The notes below the pieces were generated by a model that ran no database searches, was not told the DNA's origin, and was given only the letters and a program-made list of their open reading frames with translations. A program made the translations under genes and the position numbers. Positions 1 to 9,544 of a stretch of 28,680 bases of DNA are shown here, piece after piece. The stretch is from Macrostomum lignano. Lineage: Eukaryota. The number at the start of each line of letters is the position of its first letter. The stretch's first letter is position 1. The stretch covers positions 1 through 28,680 of the forward strand of contig NIVC01002044.1 in the NCBI GenBank assembly GCA_002269645.1. Reading direction: 5' to 3'.

Positions 1-613
1 GCCTTGACATATCAGCATCCCCATTGAGCCTTGACATATCAGCAATCCCCCATGAGCCTTGACATATCAGCAATCCCCCATGAGCCTTGACATATCAGCA
101 ATCCCCCATGAGCCTTGACATATCAGCAATCCCCATGAGCCTTGACATATCAGCAATCCCCCATGAGCCTTGACATATCAGCAATCCCCCATGAGCCTTG
201 ACATATCAGCAATCCCCATGAGCCTTGACATATCAGCAATCCCCCATGAGCCTTGACATATCAGCAATCCCCCATGAGCCTTGACATATCAGCAATCCCC
301 CATGAGCCTTGACATATCAGCAATCCCCATGAGCCTTGACATATCAGCAATCCCCCATGAGCCTTGACATATCAGCAATCCCCCATGAGCCTTGACATAT
401 CAGCAATCCCCATGAGCCTTGACATATCAGCAATCCCCATGAGCCTTGACATATCAGCAATCCCCATGAGCCTTGACAATCAGCAATCCCCCATGAGCCT
501 TGACATATCAGCAATCCCCCATGAGCCTTGACATATCAGCAATCCCCCATGAGCCTTGACATATCAGCAATCCCCATGAGCCTTGACATATCAGCAATCC
601 CCATGAGCCTTGA
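1..613. repeat. Minisatellite, 27/28-bp unit GAGCCTTGACATATCAGCAATCCCC(C)AT, ~22 copies, truncated by the window start
   Basis: Direct tandem periodicity; unit length varies only in the C-run. Confidence 0.97.
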
Positions 614-977
614 AAAACCAAGCCCAACCAAACCTTAAACCTTGGCATTTCAGCCACCTGTCGAGCTAAGTAAGTGCGTAATTAATAACTCATACTAATG
701 AGAGTGGCATTTGACTGAAGTTACTAAGATAACACTTCTTTTATTGCTTCACATCAGTTTAAATGTAAGGCAGAAGCAGAAATCTGGAAACAAATACTCG
801 TAGAATAGGAAAGAAGAGAAGAGAGACGGCCACAAACTCAATGGAGTCTGAATTTCTATTCTTAGAGCGAATCACGCCACCATTTTGCTTACGGGGAGTG
901 GCGAGCAAAAGGCGTGACTGCGAACTTAATAGCATAAACTTAGAAAGAGCCCTGTCAGTAGAATTAAATATGAAACT

Positions 978-1022
978 CTAACTGCTTGTCAAACTTTGCT
1001 CATCTATTTTCAACTCGAAGAT
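978..1022 (-). CDS. Tentative terminal exon of the GRAM-domain gene (IFELKIDEQSLTSS*)
   Basis: CCTCAG acceptor at 1024-1023, phase 0 matching the upstream exon, TAG at 980-978, and AATAAA on minus at 745-740. No homology support. Confidence 0.4.
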   Translation of the reverse strand: MFELKIDEQSLTSS

Positions 1023-1036
1023 CTGAGGCGCATTTT

Positions 1037-2244
1037 AGCCTATCTGAGCTACAGTCTAGCCTCAATCTGAGCTACAGTCTAGCCTCAATCTGAGCTACAG
1101 TCTAGCCTCAATCTGAGCTACAGTCTAGCCTCAATCTGAGCTACAGTCTAGCCTCAATCTGAGCTACAGTCTAGCCTCAATCTGAGCTACAGTCTAGCCT
1201 CAATCTGAGCTACAGTCTAGCCTCAATCTGAGCTACAGTCTAGCCCAATCTGAGCTACAGTCTAGCCTCAATCTGAGCTACAGTCTAGCCTCAATCTGAG
1301 CTACAGTCTAGCCTCAATCTGAGCTACAGTCTAGCCTCAATCTGAGCTACAGTCTAGCCTCAATCTGAGCTACAGTCTAGCCTCAATCTGAGCTACAGTC
1401 TAGCCTCAATCTGAGCTACAGTCTAGCCTCAATCTGAGCTACAGTCTAGCCTCAATCTGAGCTACAGTCTAGCCTCAATCTGAGCTACAGTCTAGCCTCA
1501 ATCTGAGCTACAGTCTAGCCTCAATCTGAGCTACAGTCTAGCCTCAATCTGAGCTACAGTCTAGCCTCAATCTGAGCTACAGTCTAGCCTCAATCTGAGC
1601 TACAGTCTAGCCTCAATCTGAGCTACAGTCTAGCCTCAATCTGAGCTACAGTCTAGCCTCAATCTGAGCTACAGTCTAGCCTCAATCTGAGCTACAGTCT
1701 AGCCTCAATCTGAGCTACAGTCTAGCCTCAATCTGAGCTACAGTCTAGCCTCAATCTGAGCTACAGTCTAGCCTCAATCTGAGCTACAGTCTAGCCTCAA
1801 TCTGAGCTACAGTCTAGCCTCAATTTGAGCTACAGTCTAGCCTCAATCTGAGCTACAGTCTAGCCTCAATCTGAGCTACAGTCTAGCCTCAATCTGAGCT
1901 ACAGTCTAGCCTCAATCTGAGCTACAGTCTAGCCTCAATCTGAGCTACAGTCTAGCCTCAATCTGAGCTACAGTCTAGCCTCAATCTGAGCTACAGTCTA
2001 GCCTCAATCTGAGCTACAGTCTAGCCTCAATCTGAGCTACAGTCTAGCCTCAATCTGAGCTACAGTCTAGCCTCAATCTGAGCTACAGTCTAGCCTCAAT
2101 CTGAGCTACAGTCTAGCCTCAATCTGAGCTACAGTCTAGCCTCAATCTGAGCTACAGTCTAGCCTCAATCTGAGCTACAGTCTAGCCTCAATCTGAGCTA
2201 CAGTCTAGCCTCAATCTGAGCTACAGTCTAGCCTCAATTTGAGC
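1037..2244. repeat. Minisatellite, 23-bp unit AGCCTCAATCTGAGCTACAGTCT, ~52 near-identical copies, in a GRAM gene intron
   Basis: Exact 23-bp period with only a few variant units. Confidence 0.98.
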
Positions 2245-2276
2245 AAACCAAAGCAACCTAAAAGATGCGTCCTCAC

Positions 2277-2396
2277 CAGAGCAGCGTGGGATTCTACAAT
2301 TGCGCTGGCACTGTTCGCTGCATCAGCTGAGGCATCCCAGGCGGACTGCAGCTGCTGCAGCAGTCGATCTCGGGAGCCAATGTTTGAGAAGGTTAC
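2277..2396 (-). CDS. GRAM-domain gene exon 4 (VTFSNIGSRDRLLQQLQSAWDASADAANSASAIVESHAAL)
   Basis: TTTTTTAG acceptor (2398-2397) and GTGAGG donor (2276). The 120-nt exon is open only in phase 0 and supplies the F..RD..helix-W end of the GRAM fold. Confidence 0.8.
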
Positions 2397-2504
2397 CTAA
2401 AAAATATGACAAAAGAAGCATTTTTTAATATTAAATAGTTAATGCAGATTGGCAAAGCTTATGACTCAAGTTATTTTTCTGATGCCCAAAACATAGTGAC
2501 TTAG

Positions 2505-5473
2505 AGCTTTATGACATAGATCCTTATGACTCAGATCCTTATGAACCAGATCCATATGACCCAGATCCTTATGACCCGGATCCTTATGACCCAGATCCTT
2601 ATGACCCAGATCCTTATGACCCAGATTCTTATGACCCAGATCCTTATGACTCAGATCCTTATCATCCAGATCCTTATGACCTAGATTCAAATGACCTAGA
2701 TTCTTATGACCCAGATCCTTATGACCCAGATCCTTATGACCCAGATTCTTATGACCCAGATCCTTATGACTCAGATCCTTATCATCCAGATCCTTATGAC
2801 CCAGATCCTTATCATCCAGATCCTTATGACCTAGATTCAAATGACCTAGATTCTTATGACCCAGATCCTTATGACCCAGATCCTTATGACCCAGATCCTT
2901 ATGACCCAGATCGTTATGACCCAGATCCTTATGATCCAGATCCTTATGACCCAGATCCTTATCATCCAGATCCTTATGACCCAGATCCTTATCATCCAGA
3001 TCCTTATGACCCAGATCCTTATCATCCAGATCCTTATGACCTAGATTCAAATGACCTAGATTCTTATGACCCAGATCCTTATGACCCAGATCCTTATGAC
3101 CCAGATCCTTATGACCCAGATCGTTATGACCCAGATCCTTATGATCCAGATCCTTATGACTCAGATCCTTATCATCCAGATCCTTATGACCCAGATCCTT
3201 ATCATCCAGATCCTTGTGACCTAGATTCAAATGACCTAGATTCTTATGACCCAGATCCTTATGACCCAGATCCTTATAACCCAGATCCTTATGACCCAGA
3301 TCCTTATGACCCAGATCCTTATGACCCAGATTCTTATGATCCAGATCCTTATGACCCAGATCCTTGTGACCCAGATCCTTATCATCCAGATCTTTATGAC
3401 CTAGATTCAAATGACCTAGATTCTTATGACCCAGATCCTTAGGACCCAGATCCTTATGACCCAGATTCTTATGACCCAGATCCTTATGACTCAGATCCTT
3501 ATCATCCAGATCCTTATGACCCAGATCCTTATCATCCAGATCCTTATGACCTAGATTCAAATGACCTAGATCCTTATGACCCAGATCCTTATGACCCAGA
3601 TCCTTATGACCCAGATCCTTATGACCCAGATCCTTATGACCCAGATCCTTATGACCCAGATCCTTATGACCCAGATTCTTATGACCCAGATCCTTATGAC
3701 TCAGATCCTTATCATCCAGATCCTTATGACCCAGATCCTTATCATCCAGATCCTTATGACCTAGATTCAAATGACCTAGATCCTTATGACCCAGATCCTT
3801 ATGACCCAGATCCTTATGACCCAGATCCTTATGACCCAGATCCTTATGACCCAGATTCTTATGACCCAGATCCTTATGACCCAGATCCTTATCATCCAGA
3901 TCCTTATGACCCAGATCCTTATCATCCAGATCCTTATGACCCAGATCCTTATCATCCAGATCCTTATGACCTAGATTCAAATGACCTAGATTCTTATGAC
4001 CCAGATCCTTATGACCCAGATCCTTATGACCCAGATCCTTATGACCCAGATCGTTATGACCCAGATCCTTATGATCCAGATCCTTATGACTCAGATCCTT
4101 ATCATCCAGATCCTTATGACCCAGATCCTTATCATCCAGATCCTTGTGACCTAGATTCAAATGACCTAGATTCTTATGACCCAGATCCTTATGACCCAGA
4201 TCCTTATGACCCAGATCCTTATGACCCAGATCCTTATGACCCAGATCCTTATGACCCAGATTCTTATGATCCAGATCCTTATGACCCAGATCCTTGTGAC
4301 CCAGATCCTTATCATCCAGATCTTTATGACCTAGATTCAAATGACCTAGATTCTTATGACCCAGATCCTTAGGACCCAGATCCTTATGACCCAGATTCTT
4401 ATGACCCAGATCCTTATGACTCAGATCCTTATCATCCAGATCCTTATGACCCAGATCCTTATCATCCAGATCCTTATGACCTAGATTCAAATGACCTAGA
4501 TCCTTATGACCCAGATCCTTATGACCCAGATCCTTATGACCCAGATCCTTATGACCCAGATCCTTATGACCCAGATCCTTATGACCCAGATTCTTATGAC
4601 CCAGATCCTTATGACCCAGATCCTTATCATCCAGATCCTTATGACCCAGATCCTTATCATCCAGATCCTTATGACCCAGATCCTTATCATCCAGATCCTT
4701 ATGACCCAGATCCTTATGACCCAGATCGTTATGACCCAGATCCTTATGATCCAGATCCTTATGACTCAGATCCTTATCATCCAGATCCTTATGACCCAGA
4801 TCCTTATGATCCAGATCCTTATGACTCAGATCCTTATCATCCAGATCCTTATGACCCAGATCCTTATCATCCAGATCCTTGTGACCTAGATTCAAATGAC
4901 CTAGATTCTTATGACCCAGATCCTTATGACCCAGATCCTTATGACCCAGATCCTTATGACCCAGATTCTTATGACCCAGATCCTTATGACCCAGATCCTT
5001 ATCATCCAGATCCTTATGACCCAGATCCTTATCATCCAGATCCTTATGACCTAGATTCAAATGACCTAGATTCTTATGACCCAGATCCTTATGACCCAGA
5101 TCCTTATGACCCAGATCCTTATGACCCAGATCGTTATGACCCAGATCCTTATGATCCAGATCCTTATGACTCAGATCCTTATCATCCAGATCCTTATGAC
5201 CCAGATCCTTATCATCCAGATCCTTGTGACCTAGATTCAAATGACCTAGATTCTTATGACCCAGATCCTTATGACCCAGATCCTTATGACCCAGATCCTT
5301 ATGACCCAGATCCTTATGACCCAGATCCTTATGACCCAGATCCTTATGATCCAGATCCTTATGACCCAGATCCTTGTGACCCAGATCCTTATCATCCAGA
5401 TCTTTATGACCTAGATTCAAATGACCTAGATTCTTATGACCCAGATCCTTATGACCCAGATCCTTATGACCCA
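2505..5473. repeat. Minisatellite, 15-bp unit GACCCAGATCCTTAT, ~198 copies with higher-order repeats, in GRAM intron 3
   Basis: 15-bp period; diagnostic variants recur at 930- and 1080-bp spacing. Source of the 1004-aa HKDLG ORF and the MTQIL ORFs. Confidence 0.98.
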
Positions 5474-5508
5474 AATGCAAAACTCGTAATGCACTGTAAG
5501 CCTCTCAC

Positions 5509-5604
5509 CGCCCGCTGAGCCGTGGCGATTCTGATCCCGGTGGGAAACAGGGAGAAAACCTTCTCCTTGCAGATGGAGACGACGTCAGAGAATTTTAGTT
5601 TCAC
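5509..5604 (-). CDS. GRAM-domain gene exon 3 (VKLKFSDVVSICKEKVFSLFPTGIRIATAQRA)
   Basis: TATCAG acceptor, GTGAGA donor, 96 nt phase 0/0. Resembles the GRAM motif I.F.DI.SI.KEK..L.P..I.I.T. Confidence 0.85.
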
Positions 5605-5693
5605 CTGATATCGTAATTGTGAATCAGTTTGCACTTTTGTCAGCAATCAATCATGTGTGGATGCCAAGGTAATGGTTCTGCAGCAAAACTTAC

Positions 5694-5797
5694 CTCCGGG
5701 GTGAGGCTGGGCAGTGCCGGCCAGAAGCAGATGTGCCGGCGAGTGATCACGATGGTGCCGCGTGCGGGCACGTCCGATACGCAAAATGCGGGCATGG
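5694..5797 (-). CDS. GRAM-domain gene exon 2 (MPAFCVSDVPARGTIVITRRHICFWPALPSLTPE)
   Basis: GTAAGT donor at 5693; AAG acceptor at 5799-5798 gives phase 1 matching exon 1. GTIVITRRHICFW resembles GRAM GRLYIS...LCF. Confidence 0.8.
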
Positions 5798-5910
5798 CTT
5801 CAAGTTTGGGGTGGTGGGGTGGAGATTTTTATCCTCATATACTTGCCGAAATCTGCTTTTTCTGATCATTCAATTATCGATCATATGATTTCATTTCTTC
5901 TTCCACATTA

Positions 5911-6419
5911 CTTCTATCCTAATCCTCCAAAGACTTCTATCCTAATCCTCCAAAGACTTCTATCCTAATCCTCCAAAGACTTCTATCCTAATCCTCCAAA
6001 GCTGGACTTCTAATCTAATCCTCCAAGGACTTCTAACCTAATCCTCCAAAGATTTCTATCCTAATCCTCCAAGGACTTTTATCCTAATCCGGCAAGGACT
6101 TCTAACCTAATCCTCCAAAGATTTCTATCCTAATCCTCCAATGACTTCTATCTTAATCCTCCAAAGACTTCTATCCTAATCCTCCAAGCTGGACTTCTAA
6201 CCTAATCCTCCAATGACTTCTATCCTAATCCTCCAAGGACTTCTAACCTAATCCTCCAATGACTTCTATCCTAATCCTCCAAGCTGGACTTCTAACCTAA
6301 TCCTCCAAGGACTTCTAACCTAATCCTCAAAGGACTTCTATCCTAATCCTTCAAGGACTTCTATCCTAATCCTCCAAGGACTTCTATCCTAATCCTCCAA
6401 GGACTTCTAACCTAATCCT
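5911..6419. repeat. Minisatellite, 23-bp unit CTTCTATCCTAATCCTCCAA(A/G)GA (some 26-bp units), ~21 copies, in GRAM intron 1
   Basis: Tandem periodicity. Confidence 0.95.
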
Positions 6420-6430
6420 AATTGTCTCAC

Positions 6431-6578
6431 TTGTCACAATGCTGTCCCTGTGCGACAGTCGCAGCCTTCTAGCCAGCTTGTTCAGCTTCTGACTGATGCT
6501 TCTTCGTCGAGTCCCAGAGGCGGCGGCGACCGGCTGCGCCTTTTCTATCGTTTGCGGATCCTGTTGTGACCGACGCAT
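6431..6578 (-). CDS. GRAM-domain gene, first clear coding exon (MRRSQQ...RLSHRDSIVT)
   Basis: ATG at 6578, phase-1 GTGAGA donor at 6430. The frame is also open upstream, so the true start may lie in a further exon. The spliced product is ~170 aa. Confidence 0.7.
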
Positions 6579-6756
6579 TGCTGCTGCTGTGTATATTGTT
6601 CTGAGAGGGGTTGGTCAGTGGCTTGCTTCAATTTATAGACTGCAAAGATAGCCTTGCAAACCAGTATTACTCATGGTGAGAACGGGGAGTGCGATGCGTG
6701 CAAACATGAGTTGATGCATGCGTACACTGTGTGAGCTATGTATATGAACTCTGTGT

Positions 6757-6757
<1 letters not shown>

Positions 6758-6803
<46 letters not shown>
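6758..6803. repeat. (CT)23 microsatellite
   Basis: Seen directly. Confidence 0.97.
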
Positions 6804-6807
<4 letters not shown>

Positions 6808-7058
6808 AATTGGCCTCCATATACCCTATGAAGTGGGGCGGGGCCCCATTCGCGACCCTTTTTTTTGGGGGGGCTCGTTTTCTGGTTCATAGGCGGCCCT
6901 CTGCGCAATTCAATTGAAATATTGAGAAGAAACAGGCTATAACTTGTGAGTTCTGTTTGACTTTATACTGTGGAACTATTCTGGATGTGCAGCGAAGGCA
7001 CAGCTCATTCCTGTTGCGTCATTCTCTCATTGACGAGCATGATCTAGATCGTACTCAC

Positions 7059-7242
7059 CACTAAGCTGCATGAATTTATCTGCATGAATACACCAGTGAG
7101 TCTCATGCAAGTATAAATGCATTTTACATAAGCAACTATTTGCGTTTGCATGCGTGGGTGACGCAATTATTTGTTTAAATAACCAGGGGCTCGGAGCTAA
7201 TGCATATTGGTATGCGCACTGACTCGGCAGCTCAAGCATCAT
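7059..7242 (-). other. Possible upstream exon (UTR or coding) of the GRAM gene; 5' boundary unknown
   Basis: Consensus GTGAGT donor at 7058. A phase-1 frame could join the CAG-CAG acceptors just before ATG 6578. No homology support. Confidence 0.25.
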
Positions 7243-7252
7243 TTAGCTACTC

Positions 7253-7803
7253 CTCAGCAACCGATAACTATAATATACTCGCAACAGATGACTGTATACT
7301 CAGCAACAGATAACAGTATACTCAGCAACAGATAACAGTATACTCAGCAACAGATAACAGTATACTCAGCAACAGATAACAGTATACTCAGCATCAGATA
7401 ACAGTATACTCAGCATCAGATAACAGTATACTCAGCAACAGATAACAGTATACTCAGCATCAGATAACAGTATACTCAGCAACAGATAACAGTATACTCA
7501 GCAACAGATAACAGTATACTCAGCATCAGATAACAGTATACTCAGCATCAGATAACAGTATACTCAGCAACAGATAACAGTATACTCAGCATCAGATAAC
7601 AGTATACTCAGCAACAGATAACAGTATACTCAGCAACAGATAACAGTATACTCAGCAACAGATAACTATGCTCAGCAACAGATAACAGTATACTCAGCAA
7701 CAGATAACAGTATACTCAGCAACAGATAACAGTATACTCAGCAACAGATAACTATGCTCAGCAACAGATAACAGTATACTCAGCAACCGATAACTATGCT
7801 CAG
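7253..7803. repeat. Minisatellite, 22-bp unit ACTCAGCAACAGATAACAGTAT, ~25 copies
   Basis: 22-bp period with a few 20-bp variants. Confidence 0.97.
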
Positions 7804-8584
7804 CCAGTTGCCCCCATGCAGAATAGCTTTAGCGTCCACTCAATTGAAGTGGCGCCGCCTCTACCCCCAATTCCCCACAGACGCGGCTCCAATGAAAGAT
7901 CTTGTTGGCCACACCTCAGATGTCATGACCAGTGACCAGTTCCTCACACGTTATACTGAATCACCACCAAGGTATAAGCTAGTGCGTACTACTCGTGCTG
8001 TTTGGTCATTATTTCAGTCCGTGAACTAAGCAACGTCATTGTAGCAATGACACACGGTCATTGTCCATGACCTTTTTGCCCGGCGGGAACTAAACCATTC
8101 TCTTTAATACCATACTCGTAGACTACATTTAGTTAATTAGTTAACAAAAGTAAAAGTCAAAACATTAACTGCCCGCAAAATTGCTGATTCAGTAAGCTTC
8201 GTTTTCATCAAATGAAAGTGTCGATGGTTGAAATTAGGTGCTTCGCCCAAAGATCATATACACGTACACAGGATGGCCCACTCATTAACCATGCACTTAT
8301 GTGGCCATAGAAGACAATATAAAAATTTTCGCAACTCGCGACAGCGCGAAAATCATAACTACTGAACTCAATTTCATATATCTTGCATATATCTTTTTTA
8401 GTTTGCTTGAATAGCTTTTTATTTAATTTCTTGAAAAGTTCTATCACATTCTCAATATTTAGCGTTTATGTCCCTAAGCTACTCGTACTAAACAAACAAT
8501 TTAAGCAACCCATGTCGAGCTTTTTCGCACAACTGACGAAAAACAGCGGTCGCTCTTTCCGTTTTTGCTGCAATATACTCGTAT

Positions 8585-8657
8585 TAATATAGACTGGCTG
8601 TTGAGGACGCGCCGAGGCTTTTCAGTTCATTTCAGCCCGAACAGCCAGTCCATATTA
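8585..8657. repeat. Inverted repeat, 18-bp arms (1 mismatch), 37-nt spacer
   Basis: TAATATAGACTGGCTGTT at 8585-8602 versus AACAGCCAGTCCATATTA at 8640-8657. Confidence 0.85.
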
Positions 8658-8772
8658 GTGTTTTGGGTTAGGCTGAAGTGCGGACGCACAAGTGGTTTCA
8701 CGTCCACAGAAACTATCTATGGTTGAAAAAGCTTTAGCTATATGCTTCGTGGCGGTTTCGCAGTCCGCGGAG

Positions 8773-9544
8773 ACTGTCTATGGTTGAAACCCAAATAGAG
8801 TTTGAAGCATTCTTCTCTTGGTGGGTGGGAGAGAAAATAAGATTTAAACAGCTTTAAGGTTCGGAATTAGCCATGTTTCACTGGGAATCAATACTAGAGG
8901 AAGATATTAGCGGTTTAGAAATGAATGAGATTGAGTTTCTGCAGCAACTTGGACATCGTGATCCTGGTGAAGAAGTTAGTCAGTGGACCGGTGTGACCGT
9001 AAGACAGCAGGAGTTGATTGACGCAGAAATGTCCAATCCAAGCATTCTGAATAATGCCGAGCTTCTGCGGGAACTGACGGAAGAAGAGGAAGCTGCTGTG
9101 CAAGACGTCGAAGAGGCTGCAAAACGCAAATCGACCACGGATCAAACCGCTCTCCATGTGAAACGCTTCAAAAAATATCTGGTGGAACAGAAACTGCCGG
9201 ACAACATCAAAACAATGCCGATCCGCTATCTTTGTGCCTATATGCGGCTGTGGTTTGTGTCACTGAGGACTCAGGAAGGCAAGCCATACGCTGTCCGAAG
9301 TCTGGTGTGCTTCAGGGCGTCTATTCATCGGTACGTGCTGGAGACAAGGAACGTGCGAATTGAGGTAACTATTGATGAACTCTCCAGCCACATATCATTT
9401 TGAGCTTCCAAGCGTTATTTACTGAATTATTTCGTTTACTTTCATTCCTGTTGTGTTTGGTCTTGTGTTTGTTGGCAGTGAAATATACAGTGGCTATAAG
9501 TGATGAATTGAATATAATTGAAATATGCTTCAACCATAGACAGT
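8773..9544 (+). mobile_element. Putative Crypton-like element remnant; boundaries taken from the inverted repeats
   Basis: Perfect 16-bp inverted repeats ACTGTCTATGGTTGAA (8773-8788) and TTCAACCATAGACAGT (9529-9544) enclose the recombinase-like ORF. A second imperfect left copy lies at 8712-8727. Confidence 0.55.
8873..9403 (+). pseudogene. Truncated Crypton-type tyrosine-recombinase N-terminal/core-binding domain (DUF3504-associated, ZMYM/QRICH1/KCTD1-like)
   Basis: The stretch KSTTDQTALHVKRFKKYL...MPIRYLCAYMRLWFVSLRTQEGKPYAVRSLVCFRASIHRYV fits the family pattern T...T...V..F..YL...FY..R...G..Y...SL...RA.I.RY. GC content and similarity drop near 9360, and no catalytic domain was found downstream. 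Confidence 0.7.

Noticed and set aside
2466-5480. 1004-aa HKDLG ORF as a real protein gene
   Set aside because: TTG start, no upstream ATG, intronic position, and openness follows automatically from a stop-free 15-bp unit.
6828-6905. GC-rich patch resembling a CAGGGCC-type MITE end
   Set aside because: No matching opposite terminus found.
7796-8029. 77-aa ORF and an alternative Pro-rich frame after the 22-bp array
   Set aside because: No recognisable motif or consistent splice partners.
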